This document shows, one piece after another, positions 52,933 to 63,203 of a DNA stretch of 64,000 nucleotides (positions are counted from its first letter, which is position 1; every line of letters begins with the position of its first letter). This DNA is from Planctomycetota bacterium (GTDB taxonomy: Bacteria > Planctomycetota > B15-G4), in contig JBBQUR010000008.1 in the NCBI GenBank assembly GCA_038212275.1, positions 1 to 64,000 on the forward strand, read 5' to 3'. Under the pieces are notes generated by a model. The model searched no databases. It was not told where the DNA came from and saw only the letters and a program-made list of their open reading frames with translations. A program made the position numbers and the translations under genes.

Positions 52933-53630
52933 GTCCCGTCCTGCACGTTGCCGGCCTGAGGCTCCGCCGCGGCGGGCGCGAGATTCTCCGCGGCGTGGAC
53001 CTGACCGCCGACACGGGCGAGGTCGTCGCGCTCATGGGGCTCTCGGGCTCCGGCAAGACGACGATCCTGCGCGTCATCGCGGGCCTGGAGCCGGCCGACG
53101 CGGGCGACGTCCGCTGCGGCAAGGCCGGCATGGTCTTCCAGTTCCACTGCCTGTTCGAGCATCTCCCGGCGTTGGACAACGTGATGCTCGCGCCGCTGCA
53201 CGTGCAGCGCACGCCGCGCGACGAGGCCGAGCGGCGCGCGCGGCAGCTGCTGGAACAACTCGGCGTCGGCCACCGCGCCGGGGCGCTGCCGCGCGAACTC
53301 TCGGGCGGAGAGGCGCAGCGGGTCTCCATCGCCCGCGCGCTCGCCGTGGACCCGGCGCTGCTGCTGCTCGACGAGCCCACCGCCTCCCTGGACCCCGCGC
53401 GCCGGAACGACCTCGGCGACGCGCTGGCCGCCCTCGCCGCGGCGGGCCGCACGCTGGTGCTGACCTCGCATGACGCCGACTTCGTGGCAGCGCACGCCAC
53501 GCGCGTGCTCATCCTGAGCGAAGGCCGGGTCGTCGAGCAGGGCGACCCGCGCGAAGTCCTCGTCCGGCCGCAGCACGCGGCCACGCGCGAGCTGCTTCAG
53601 TTGGAGCGAGACAGGGCCCGCTCGTGGTAG
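52929..53630 (+). CDS. Amino-acid ABC transporter ATP-binding protein
   Basis: GLSGSGKT, LSGGEAQR, LLLDEPT; ATGA overlap. Confidence 0.92.
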   Translation: MSPVLHVAGLRLRRGGREILRGVDLTADTGEVVALMGLSGSGKTTILRVIAGLEPADAGDVRCGKAGMVFQFHCLFEHLPALDNVMLAPLHVQRTPRDEAERRARQLLEQLGVGHRAGALPRELSGGEAQRVSIARALAVDPALLLLDEPTASLDPARRNDLGDALAALAAAGRTLVLTSHDADFVAAHATRVLILSEGRVVEQGDPREVLVRPQHAATRELLQLERDRARSW

Positions 53631-53734
53631 CGTGCGTGCGCCGTCGACGGCGCGCGTGATCCCCCGACCGCGCGCCTCCCCCACGCCGCTGCGATGTCCC
53701 GCATCGGCGCGATGGCATGCGCCGGCGCTTTGAC

Positions 53735-56700
53735 ATGCACCGGCGCGACACTCCCGCATCGGCGCTGGCTCCAGCGTCGGCGCCGCAGCCAGCATCGAGG
53801 AGAGACAGCTTGTCGTTCGCCTTATCCGGCCCGGTCCATCGGGCCGGCGCCCGCTTTCGTCCTGCCGCATCGAATTCCCTGCTGCGAAAGCCTCCTGCGC
53901 AGACAGCGGCGCCGCGCGGCGCCGTGCTCGCCGCCATCACGACGCTTGCCGCGATGCTCGTGCCGGCGACGCGGGCCGCCGCGCAAGTGCCCGCGACCGT
54001 GGACGCGCTGGTCGGCCAACTGGCCACCAAGGCGCATCTGTCCGGCAAGAAGGACCAGCCGGAGAACTTCGACGTGTTCCGGCTGGGCTGGTCGCTGTGG
54101 GACACCAACGAACTGGCTGCCGGCTACCAGGGCGCGATCGCGGAGCTGGTCAAGTCGGCCACTGCGGCCGGTCCGAGCATGTCGCAGCATTACCTTGACG
54201 TTGACGCGATGGTGCCTTGCTCGCTGCCCTATCTGGATGCCGGCGGCGCGATCCACCCGCAGATGAAGGCCTTCTACGACGTGGTGATGAACTCGTCCTT
54301 CTCGCGCTTCGACATGCCCGGCGACCTCGCGCCGGCCCTCGGCACGCCGGGCATCAACCTGCTCGCCATCCAGGACACGGTCTTCTCGCCGGTGCGCGAC
54401 CCCGCAACCGGCGTGGTGACGACGTGGACGTATCCAGGCCTCGCCGGGCTCGTCGCGCAACTGCCGCCCGCCACCGCATGGCCCGGCATGCGCCTCATCC
54501 AGAACATCGGCTTCGCGAACAATCCCGGCTTCCCGGTCGGCGATTACGACTACGCCTTCGAGCACCCGCTGCTCACCAAGCCCGGCACGCCCGAGCCCGT
54601 GTCCGGCACCGATGCGCTGGCAGTCTACGTGCAGTCCGACATCGTGGACGACAAGCTCGACGGCAGCGGCAACGTGATCGATCCGGGCGTGATCACCAAG
54701 CTCTTCTACTACCTGCCGCTGAGCATGCTGCACCCGGATGTCGCCGCGCTGCTGGCGCAGTCGATCCGCGAGCGCGTCACGGCCACTCCCGACGGCTACG
54801 CCTCGTCGTTCAGCGTGGGCGGCGAGTTCTCGTTCGCAGTGCCGATCAAGGCGGCGTGGCCGGTCGGCTGCACGCCGGTGGACACGCCCTGCGACCAGCC
54901 GCCCGGCGCCTCGGCCGTCGACACCTATTACTGCCACCTGCCCGACAGCGACTACTCCGTGTATTCGCTCGATCACTTCCGGAGCTGGTTGCAGGATCGC
55001 TACGGCACGCTCGCGGCTCTGAGGACCGCATGGAATGCCGCGATTCCCGCGGTCTGCACGAGCATCGTGGCCTGCCCGAAGGTGAGTCCGCTGGCGGCCG
55101 TCGCCTACCAGCCGCTCGGCGCCGGGCCGGTGTCCTGGTCGACCATCCTCGCCGACTGGAACGAGTTCCAGGCCGCGCAGCTCAGCGCGGCGCGCGTCTT
55201 CCAGTACGTGGCGGCCAAGCAGGAACGGCCGCTGCAGTCGATGCGCCTGTATGAGAGCGATCCGCGCGGCGCCGACGAGGCGGCGCAGCTGTCCGACGGC
55301 GTGTCGCTCAGCACCTTCCTGCCCCCGACGACGCCGCTTGGCGAACTGCCGTCGCGCCTGAAGAAGGTCGCGCTGCACGGCGCCTCGTACGGCGAGCCGG
55401 CGGACTTTCCGCTGTTCGGCATGAAGCAGGACCTCGCCGCGGGCTTCTCGGGCGGATCGGCCGACTGGCCCACGGCGTTCCTGCCCGCCACCTTCCACGA
55501 GAACCACGCGCGCCGCATGCTCGGCGAGTTCCTCACGCTGGGCGTGAATGCCGTGGGACTCGCCTACTTCGAAGCCATCGGCAACTGGAACATCAAGGAC
55601 GGCGTGTTCACGCACGACTGCCCCGCACTGCCCGGCAAGCAGGACCTGAACATGGCGCAGTGCCTCGGCGCGGAGGTGGACGCGCTGCAGGACCCTCTCG
55701 CCTTCATGACGCCATGGCGCTCGCCGCTGCTGATCCACACCGGCTCGTGGGCCGGCAAGCTGACCAACGCCGACATCTACGACTCCTACACGGCGGCGCC
55801 GATCTCCTCGCTGATGACGGTGCTCGCCGACGAGCAGGTGCAGTTCGCACCCTTCACGCGGGACGACGGCTTCGACGACCTGTGGCTGCCCTCCACGCGC
55901 CAGGTGCTGCTCGTGCCTTTCCTGCCCGAGCTCGACAAGCCCCGGCTGCGCGACTACCAGGACTTCGCCGCCTCGCACCAGATGCACCTGCTGCTGCTCA
56001 TCGACGCAGCCAAGGAAGCCGCGCTGAGCATGCCGGTCTGCTACACCCTCAGCTCGCCGGGCGCCGACTATCACGTCGCGTTCACGCCCGTGCCCTTCCA
56101 GGCCGATTGCCTGACGCCACTCGTGCACGCCGCCATCGTCTACCACGGGACCGCCAAGGACGCCTCGTACGAGATGCTGCGCGCCTCGATCCAGCTGGCG
56201 GACGTGCTCGTCACGCGTCCGCTGCGGCCCGTGCGCGCCGAGTCGAGTCCCGGCGTGCTCGCGCACGGCGTGGACGTGACCGTCGCGACCGACGGCCTGA
56301 ACCTGCTCGCCTGCGCCACCAACACGCGGCCGAAGCCGCAGAGCTTCACGCTGGTCCCGGCCGTGCCCGGGTTCACCTACAGCATTCCCGACGGCGCGAC
56401 GCCCGCGGCTCCGCTGGCGCAGAGCGAGTCGATGCTGCGCTACCTGAAGGCCGACCTCCCGCCGAACGCGATCCCGTCGCTGGCGACGTCCCTCGATGCG
56501 GCCGTCGGCCAGGCCGGCGCCCGGCTGACCAACCTCGCCAGCGTGGCGCCGATTTTCGACACGGCTGCGGCGGAGCAGCTCCTGCTGCGGCTGCGCAACC
56601 TGTCGACGCAGACCGAACCGGAGAAAGTCCTCGCCGGCCTGGTGCGCCTGCAGCGCATGCCTTTCCTCCGCGTGGAGGGAAAGCCCGGCAACACCGTGCT

Positions 56701-56980
56701 GGTCTCCGTCGTGGCGCTCGATCGCACGCCGATCGGCGGCGCGCCGGTGCAGCTCGAGTTCGTCCTGCAGCGCCACGCGCGCCGCAACGGCGTCACGTCC
56801 CGGGGCAACGGCCCGAATGATCCCGGCGTGGGCAAGGTGCTGCTCTCCATCGCGCAGCCTGCGGACACGATCTGGGACTTCACGATTCCGGGCAAGTCGG
56901 TGCCTGCCGGCAACCTCGTCGAGGTGCAGGTGCAGCATCCGCAGAGCTTCAGTCAGTCGAAGCTGCTCTTCGTTCCCTGA
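53735..56980 (+). CDS. Large secreted protein, distant GH42/clan GH-A-like
   Basis: Signal ending RAAA-Q; DYS....HFRSWLQDRYGTLAALRTAW and ADWNEFQ motifs; start uncertain (53717-53924). Confidence 0.6.
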   Translation: MHRRDTPASALAPASAPQPASRRDSLSFALSGPVHRAGARFRPAASNSLLRKPPAQTAAPRGAVLAAITTLAAMLVPATRAAAQVPATVDALVGQLATKAHLSGKKDQPENFDVFRLGWSLWDTNELAAGYQGAIAELVKSATAAGPSMSQHYLDVDAMVPCSLPYLDAGGAIHPQMKAFYDVVMNSSFSRFDMPGDLAPALGTPGINLLAIQDTVFSPVRDPATGVVTTWTYPGLAGLVAQLPPATAWPGMRLIQNIGFANNPGFPVGDYDYAFEHPLLTKPGTPEPVSGTDALAVYVQSDIVDDKLDGSGNVIDPGVITKLFYYLPLSMLHPDVAALLAQSIRERVTATPDGYASSFSVGGEFSFAVPIKAAWPVGCTPVDTPCDQPPGASAVDTYYCHLPDSDYSVYSLDHFRSWLQDRYGTLAALRTAWNAAIPAVCTSIVACPKVSPLAAVAYQPLGAGPVSWSTILADWNEFQAAQLSAARVFQYVAAKQERPLQSMRLYESDPRGADEAAQLSDGVSLSTFLPPTTPLGELPSRLKKVALHGASYGEPADFPLFGMKQDLAAGFSGGSADWPTAFLPATFHENHARRMLGEFLTLGVNAVGLAYFEAIGNWNIKDGVFTHDCPALPGKQDLNMAQCLGAEVDALQDPLAFMTPWRSPLLIHTGSWAGKLTNADIYDSYTAAPISSLMTVLADEQVQFAPFTRDDGFDDLWLPSTRQVLLVPFLPELDKPRLRDYQDFAASHQMHLLLLIDAAKEAALSMPVCYTLSSPGADYHVAFTPVPFQADCLTPLVHAAIVYHGTAKDASYEMLRASIQLADVLVTRPLRPVRAESSPGVLAHGVDVTVATDGLNLLACATNTRPKPQSFTLVPAVPGFTYSIPDGATPAAPLAQSESMLRYLKADLPPNAIPSLATSLDAAVGQAGARLTNLASVAPIFDTAAAEQLLLRLRNLSTQTEPEKVLAGLVRLQRMPFLRVEGKPGNTVLVSVVALDRTPIGGAPVQLEFVLQRHARRNGVTSRGNGPNDPGVGKVLLSIAQPADTIWDFTIPGKSVPAGNLVEVQVQHPQSFSQSKLLFVP

Positions 56981-58401
56981 GCGCCCGGCTCGCGGGCGCG
57001 GAAGACGGGCCCGCTGGATCCGGGCCCGCGATCTGCGCGGCCGCGAACCTGCCAGGCATGCAGCAGCGTGGCGGCGGCCAGCAGCAGCGCCAGCGCGATG
57101 GCCTCCTCGCGTGAGGTGTGCGCGAGCAACCAGCAGAGGATGCCGATCGCGAGCAGCGGAATAAGCGGGCCGAAGGGCAGGCGGAAGGGCGGCGCCGCCA
57201 GGCGCACGTGCCGCGCGCGCAGGCGCAGCGTCGCGGCGCACACCGAAAGGTAGATCAGGATGCCCGTGCCCGCCGAGAAGACGGCGAGCTGTTCGAAGGC
57301 GCCCGTCACGGAGAAGAGAGCGGCAAGCGCGGTGTAGACCAAGATGGCCACGTGCGGCGTGCGGAAGCGGCCGTGAACGCGCGCCAGCGGCGCGGGCAGC
57401 AGGCCGTCGCGCGCGGCGGCGAAGAGCGTGCGCGGCGAAGCGAGCAGGTCGCCCGCGATGATGCCGGCCATGGACACCAGCGCGCCGACGAGCACGATCG
57501 TGCCGCCGGTCTCGCCAAAGACGGCGCGCGCGGCCGCCGCGAGAGGCGCTGCGGTCTCCTCGGCGAGCTGCGGCCCGAGCACGCCCTGCGACACGAACTG
57601 CAGCCCCGCGTAGAGCGCGACGACACCGAGCGCGCCGCCGAGCAGCCCGCGCGGCACGGTGCGGGTGGAGTCCCTGATTTCGCCGCTCGCGACGAGCGCC
57701 ACCTCGCCGCCCGCGAACGCGAAGAAGAGCACGAGCGAGGCGCTGCCGACGGCCCCCACCGGCGGCCAGGCCGTGAAGGCGAGCGGCCCGGCGCGCACGA
57801 CGAAGACTCCGACGCCGACGAGCGCGAGCAGTGGCAGCAGCTTGAGCACCGTCATGGCCTGCGCCAGGCGCGCGCCCTGCCGCACGCCGCGCACGTTGAC
57901 CACGGCGAGCGCTCCGAAGAAGGCCAGCAGCAGCGCGACGCGGGCGCCGGCTCCGCGCAGCGCGGGCACCGCCGCCGCAAGCCCGTCGTAGAGCGCGTTG
58001 GCAATGGCCGCGTCTCCCAGCACGCCGAAGCCGAACCACATGAGCGTGCCGACCAGGAAACCGGGCAGCGACCCGAACGCCGCCTCGACGTAGGCGTAGC
58101 CTCCGCCCGAGCGCTCCACGCGGCTCCCCGCCTCCGCGTAGCAGAGCAGCACGAGCAGGATGGCCGTCCCGCACACGGCGTAGGCGATCCACGCCATCGC
58201 GCCGAGCTGCGCGGCCACGAGCCCTGGCAGCGCAAAGATCCCGGCGCCGATGATGAGATTGGCCACGTTGCTCGCGAGCGCCATCGGCCCCATCGCGCGG
58301 ACGAGGCCCTCGTCGGTGGGCGCGGTGGGCGCGGTGGGCGCGGTGGGCGCGGCGGCGGACTCGGGCGGAGCAGGAGCGGGCAAGACAGCTCTCCGCGTCA
58401 C
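56953..58401 (-). CDS. APC family amino-acid permease
   Basis: IIGAGIFALP, CYAEAGSR..SGGGYAY, FFAFAGGE, PR.LFA.ARDG.LP, RFRTPHVAI; start uncertain. Confidence 0.9.
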   Translation of the reverse strand: MTRRAVLPAPAPPESAAAPTAPTAPTAPTDEGLVRAMGPMALASNVANLIIGAGIFALPGLVAAQLGAMAWIAYAVCGTAILLVLLCYAEAGSRVERSGGGYAYVEAAFGSLPGFLVGTLMWFGFGVLGDAAIANALYDGLAAAVPALRGAGARVALLLAFFGALAVVNVRGVRQGARLAQAMTVLKLLPLLALVGVGVFVVRAGPLAFTAWPPVGAVGSASLVLFFAFAGGEVALVASGEIRDSTRTVPRGLLGGALGVVALYAGLQFVSQGVLGPQLAEETAAPLAAAARAVFGETGGTIVLVGALVSMAGIIAGDLLASPRTLFAAARDGLLPAPLARVHGRFRTPHVAILVYTALAALFSVTGAFEQLAVFSAGTGILIYLSVCAATLRLRARHVRLAAPPFRLPFGPLIPLLAIGILCWLLAHTSREEAIALALLLAAATLLHAWQVRGRADRGPGSSGPVFRAREPGAQGTKSSFD

Positions 58402-58552
58402 GGCAGGGGCGTTCCCGACTCGCGATGCCCGATCACGCCCGGTGCACGCACTCGAGCCGGAACGCTCGCACGATGCGCGCGACGAGGCACCCGTTCAAGG
58501 GCGGGGCTGGTGCGGCATGCGGGAAGTCCGCGGCAAGGGGACGGCGAAAAGG

Positions 58553-58593
58553 GGCGGCATGCGCGGAGTGTCCGTGACTCCGCGCATGCCGTC
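58553..58593. terminator. Hairpin downstream of the choice-of-anchor L gene
   Basis: GGCGGCATGCGCGGAGT-GTCCGTG-ACTCCGCGCATGCCGTC. Confidence 0.55.
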
Positions 58594-58637
58594 AGGTGTC
58601 GATCACGCGGTGGCTCCTGCCGCCGCCCGGTCCGCGC

Positions 58638-60245
58638 TCAGGAGGTCACGCCGCGGAGGGCGTTGCTGGCGGCGTAGCCCTTGATTGCGGTCGAGTCCTG
58701 GATCCAGAACTGGAAGTAGAGCGAGGCGCCTGCCGGAACGCCCGCGGGGAAGAGGAACGGAAGACTGACGTTGCCGGTCGGCCCCGTGATCAGCGGAAGG
58801 ATGAGCAGCGGATCCGGAACCAGCACGCCGCCCTTGAACGGCGCGTTGAGCTGCGTGATGCCGAACATCAGCGCGGCGTTGGCCGACGCGTGGGCGTCCG
58901 ACACCTCGAGTGACGCGTCGTTGCCGCCGAAGAGCGCGCCATGTCCCGTGAGCGCCGGCAGGCCCTTGATGCCGGCCGTCGCGTGACCCAGATTCGTCCA
59001 GGTCTGCACGCCGGCGCCGACCTCGATGACCACCTCGCAACTGGTGACCTGGTTGATCTGATCCGTGGCCGTGAAGACGAGGTGATACACGCCCACGTCG
59101 GCGGCGGTGGGCGTCCACTCGAACTCGACCGAGACTTCGGGCGCCGGACCTGCCGGAACCGCCGGCGTGAACACGCCGCCCGCAAGCGGGACGGCATCAC
59201 CCGTGACGTCCACGGTCACGGCCTCTCCGGGCAGGCCGCTGGTCGCCAGGGCGTGCATCTCGAAACGGAACGGGAGGCCGGTCGTCGCCGACAGGATCTG
59301 GCCGCAGGGCGAGGGCGGATCGAAGGCAGGGCCCGGGCTGGCGCACGCGAAGCTCTGTCCGCGGATGAACACGTTGGTGTCGTAGACACCGTCGCCGCGG
59401 TCCGCGACGACGAGCTTGATGTGATTCGGGCCGGGATGCACCGTGCCCGTGGCGGAGAAGACGCTCGTGATGCCGTCCATCTCGGTGGCCAGGGCATTGC
59501 ACGGGTATCCCAGGCCCATCGAGTCGCAGTCGTTCGTCGTGTAGAGCGGGCAGTTGGGTCCGCCACCCGGCACCCACGGGTTGCCGCAGTTCACGTTGTT
59601 GATCGCGACGGGCGTGGTCGTGTTCGGGATGAGCGCGATGTTCTGCCCGTTGAGGAAGAACGCGAACACGTCGTTGTACTGGGTGTCCACCCACTCGTCG
59701 AACTCCTCCGAGGAGAAGACGTACTGAAAGGAGACGACGCTCGTGTTCGGGCACTCGAAGTCGAACTCGAGCACGCAGGCATCCTGCGTCAGGCCGGCCA
59801 CGAGACCGTCGAGGTCCGGGTCGCCGGGCCAGGCGTTGTCCGTGCTGGTGGAGCCGATGAGATTCTGTGGTCCCACGACTGAGGCGATGTCGCCGGAGCT
59901 GAGCACGACGCCCTGCGCGAAGCCGACGATGCCGGTGCCGCCCGAGAAGGTGCCGGCAGCCACAGGGGCTCCGTTGAACTGGATGTTGGTGACCGGCACG
60001 CCGGCGCCGATGAGCGCCGCGACCAGGCTGGCCGCATTCTGGCCGCCCGTCGCCATGTCCTGAGTGACGAGGCCCGCCGCCACGGCCTGCTGAGTCTGCG
60101 GAACCCTGAAGGACCCGCCACGCGGCAGCACCAGGCGTTGCTGCGCTGCAGCCAGGGACGTGAGGGCGCATGCGGCCAGCACGACAGCCGAGACACGTGT
60201 CGTGAGTCGACGAGCAGAGGCGTGAACTCCTTGCGCGGAAGACAT
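58638..60245 (-). CDS. Secreted choice-of-anchor L domain protein + Ig-like domain + shared C-terminal module
   Basis: Signal peptide; GVVLSSG, GDPDL, DACVLEFDF, YVFSSEE, YNDVFAFFLNG.NIALIP, INNVN, ADRGD..YD; C-terminal YFQFWIQD..AASNAL. Confidence 0.85.
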   Translation of the reverse strand: MSSAQGVHASARRLTTRVSAVVLAACALTSLAAAQQRLVLPRGGSFRVPQTQQAVAAGLVTQDMATGGQNAASLVAALIGAGVPVTNIQFNGAPVAAGTFSGGTGIVGFAQGVVLSSGDIASVVGPQNLIGSTSTDNAWPGDPDLDGLVAGLTQDACVLEFDFECPNTSVVSFQYVFSSEEFDEWVDTQYNDVFAFFLNGQNIALIPNTTTPVAINNVNCGNPWVPGGGPNCPLYTTNDCDSMGLGYPCNALATEMDGITSVFSATGTVHPGPNHIKLVVADRGDGVYDTNVFIRGQSFACASPGPAFDPPSPCGQILSATTGLPFRFEMHALATSGLPGEAVTVDVTGDAVPLAGGVFTPAVPAGPAPEVSVEFEWTPTAADVGVYHLVFTATDQINQVTSCEVVIEVGAGVQTWTNLGHATAGIKGLPALTGHGALFGGNDASLEVSDAHASANAALMFGITQLNAPFKGGVLVPDPLLILPLITGPTGNVSLPFLFPAGVPAGASLYFQFWIQDSTAIKGYAASNALRGVTS

Positions 60246-60572
60246 GATGAACTCCGTTGAGGGATGGCCGGCAGCCGGGATGGACTCTCCCGGTGAAGCG
60301 CCAGCTGGGTGTGCAACGTGCCGATTGCAAATCCCGCGCCGATGCGCGCGGCGCTCCCCCTCGGCGGCACGCACGGGCCGCGAGGGGCTCGGCCCGGTCG
60401 GGGCGTGACCCTTCGGTCATGCCGGCCGGCCTTGTCCGCAGTTGCGTGCGCACAGGTCCGCCCCGGATCCGTGCACGACGGAGGGAGCCGCCCGGCGGCC
60501 CGATGTCGTAGCCTGTGCCGCCCGCGCGGAACAACCGATCGCGGCCCGCCACCGGAGAGAGCACTCAGGCCG

Positions 60573-63200
60573 ATGACGTTGCGCATCGACACGGACCACC
60601 GCCGCACGCTCACGACTCCGGCGCCCGCACGGGTGCGCCCCGACTCCGGACCTGACCTGGCGGCCCGTGGCGTGCGGCGGCTCAGGCGGCGTGCGGCGCT
60701 CTTGCTCGCGGCCTGTCTCGGCGTCGTCGCCCTGGCGCGCGGCCAGCGCCTGCCCGAACAGCTGGACGCCGCGGAGATCCTGCACCGCATGCAGAAGCTG
60801 GAGGTCGTCGGCAGCGTGCTGTATCTCGCGGCGCACCCCGACGACGAGAACACGCGGCTGATCGCGTGGCTCTGCAACGGCAGGAAGGTGCGCACGGCCT
60901 ACCTGAGCCTGACGCGCGGCGACGGCGGCCAGGACCTGATCGGCCCCGAGCTGGGCGATGCGCTGGGCGTGCTGCGCACGCAGGAGCTGCTGCAGGCGCG
61001 ACGCATCGACGGCGGCGAGCAGTTCTTCACGCGCGCCGTCGACTTCGGCTACAGCAAGAGTCCCGAGGAGGCCCTCGGCAAGTGGGGAAAACAGGAGGTG
61101 CTCGGCGACGTCGTGCGCGTCATCCGGCAGTTCCGGCCCGACGTGATCATCACGCGCTTCACCACCGACGGCAGCGGCGGGCACGGTCATCACACGGCGT
61201 CCGCGCTGCTCGCGCAGGAGGCCTTCGATCTGGCCGCGGATCCGGCGGCCTTTCCGGAGCAACTCGCGGAAGGACTGGAGACCTGGCAGGCGCGGCGCCT
61301 CTACTTCAACGGCAGCACGTGGTGGCGCGCGGACCTCGCGGAGCAAGCCAAGAGCGACCCGGCGCACTGGGTCACGGTGGACGTGGGCGGCTTCGATCCG
61401 CTGCTCGGGTCGAGCTACTCGGAGATCGCCGGCCGCAGCCGCAGTCAGCACAAGAGCCAGGGCTTCGGGGCGGCCGAGACGCGTGGCGAGCAGCTCGAAT
61501 ACCTGCGCCTCGACAAGGGCGCCCCGCTCGAGTCGGCCGATCTCTTCGACGGCGTCGCGCTCGACTGGAGCCGGGTCGAGTCCGACGGCCGCGTGCGGGG
61601 CCTGCTGCGCGAACTCATCGAGGCCTACGACCCGGAGGCGCCCGAGGCGTGTCTGCCGCGGCTCACAGGCGTGGTGCACGCGCTCGACGCACTGGCCGCG
61701 TCGCCGGGACCCGAGCGTGGCTGGGCGCGCTTCCAGGCGGGCGAGGCCCGACGCCTGATCCTGCAGGTCTGCGGCGCCGTGATCGAGGTCAGCTCCAGCG
61801 TGCAGCGCATCGCGGCCGGCGACACGCTGCCCGTCACGCTGACCGCGTTGCAGCGCGCAACCGGGCCGGCGCTCGAGCTGGTCGACGTCGCGGGCCCCGA
61901 CGACGTCCGCACACCCGTGCACCAACTCTTGTCGTGGAATCATCCGCTCACGCAGGACTTTGCCTGGGTCGTTCCGGCCACGCAGCCGATCGACCAGCCC
62001 TATTGGCTGGCCGCGGCACACGGCACGCTCTACAGGCCCGACCGTGCGCGGTATGCCGGCATCGAGCCGAGCGTGCCCGGCGCGGCGTCCTTCGTCGTCG
62101 AGCTGCGGCTCCCCGACGGCTCGTCGCTGCGCGTCGACCGGCCGCTGATGCACACCTGGGTGGATCGCGTCGCGGGTGAACGCGCGCGCCCCGTCACGAT
62201 CACGCCGGTCGCGTCGATCGAGGTCGCGGACTCGGTGCTCCTCGTGCCCGGCGACCACGCGAGCCTCGCCGTGGATGTCCTGGCCCTGACCGACGACCTG
62301 AGCGGCGAGGTCAGCGCCTCCGTGCCGGAGGGCTGGTCGATCGAGCACGCGCCGTCGCCCGTCGCGCATCTGCGGCTCGGCGAGCGCGTCAGCGTGCAGC
62401 TGGAGCTGCAGCGCACGCCGGAAGCCGGGCGCGGCGTGATGCACGTCTCCTTCGCCGGGCCGAAGGGCTCCTCGGATCGCGCCCTGCACGTCATCGACTA
62501 TCCGCACATCCTGCCGCAGACCTGGTACACGCCCGCCGACGTGGTGCTCATTCCGCAGCGCATTGCGGTGAGTTCGAAGACGGTGGGATACATCGAGGGC
62601 GCGGGCGACGAGGTGCCCGAGGCGCTGGAGCGACTCGGCGTCGTCGTCGAGCGCATCGACCCCGGCAGCGCACACGCGCCGGACTTGTCCCGCTTCGATG
62701 CGATCGTCACCGGCATCCGCGCCTACAACACGGTGCCGGCGCTGGCGCGCTTCCAGGCGAGCCTGCTCGACTACGTTCGCGACGGCGGCACGCTGGTCGT
62801 CCAGTACAACACCAACGGCAGCGACCTCGTGCTGCCGGCCACGGAGATCGGCCCCTACCCGTTCGAACTGACGCGGCAGCGCGTGACGGTCGAGGAAGCG
62901 ACGCCGACCTTCCTCGCGCCGGAGCATCCGCTGCTCACGTTTCCCAATCGGCTCGATGCGAGCGACTTCGAGGGCTGGGTCCAGGAGCGCGGCCTGTATT
63001 TCGCGGGCAACCTCGATCCGGCCTGCGTGCCGCTCATCGCGTGGAATGATCCGGGCGAGGCGCCGCTCGACGGCGCCCTCATCGCCTGCGACTTCGGCAA
63101 GGGCCGCTTCATCTACACGGGGATGAGCCTGTTCCGGCAGCTGCCAGCCGGCGTTCCGGGAAGCTATCGCATCCTGGCGAACCTGATCGCGCGCCGCTAG
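60573..63200 (+). CDS. Secreted PIG-L/LmbE family deacetylase with C-terminal GATase-like domain
   Basis: AAHPDDE, TRGDGGQ, FFTRAVDFGYSKS, GHGHH, GIRAYN, VVQYN, WVQERGLYF, FRQLPAGVPG; start uncertain. Confidence 0.9.
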   Translation: MTLRIDTDHRRTLTTPAPARVRPDSGPDLAARGVRRLRRRAALLLAACLGVVALARGQRLPEQLDAAEILHRMQKLEVVGSVLYLAAHPDDENTRLIAWLCNGRKVRTAYLSLTRGDGGQDLIGPELGDALGVLRTQELLQARRIDGGEQFFTRAVDFGYSKSPEEALGKWGKQEVLGDVVRVIRQFRPDVIITRFTTDGSGGHGHHTASALLAQEAFDLAADPAAFPEQLAEGLETWQARRLYFNGSTWWRADLAEQAKSDPAHWVTVDVGGFDPLLGSSYSEIAGRSRSQHKSQGFGAAETRGEQLEYLRLDKGAPLESADLFDGVALDWSRVESDGRVRGLLRELIEAYDPEAPEACLPRLTGVVHALDALAASPGPERGWARFQAGEARRLILQVCGAVIEVSSSVQRIAAGDTLPVTLTALQRATGPALELVDVAGPDDVRTPVHQLLSWNHPLTQDFAWVVPATQPIDQPYWLAAAHGTLYRPDRARYAGIEPSVPGAASFVVELRLPDGSSLRVDRPLMHTWVDRVAGERARPVTITPVASIEVADSVLLVPGDHASLAVDVLALTDDLSGEVSASVPEGWSIEHAPSPVAHLRLGERVSVQLELQRTPEAGRGVMHVSFAGPKGSSDRALHVIDYPHILPQTWYTPADVVLIPQRIAVSSKTVGYIEGAGDEVPEALERLGVVVERIDPGSAHAPDLSRFDAIVTGIRAYNTVPALARFQASLLDYVRDGGTLVVQYNTNGSDLVLPATEIGPYPFELTRQRVTVEEATPTFLAPEHPLLTFPNRLDASDFEGWVQERGLYFAGNLDPACVPLIAWNDPGEAPLDGALIACDFGKGRFIYTGMSLFRQLPAGVPGSYRILANLIARR

Positions 63201-63203
63201 CCG

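Noticed and set aside
53822..58192. 1456-aa minus-strand ORF
   Set aside because: Off-frame to the APC permease and antisense to the GH-like gene; no recognisable domain.
58313..58352. 9-bp (PTA)n repeat in the APC permease N-terminus, and similar short in-frame repeats near 27090 and 45095-45180
   Set aside because: Short frame-preserving slippage in low-complexity linkers; no evidence of function or phase variation.
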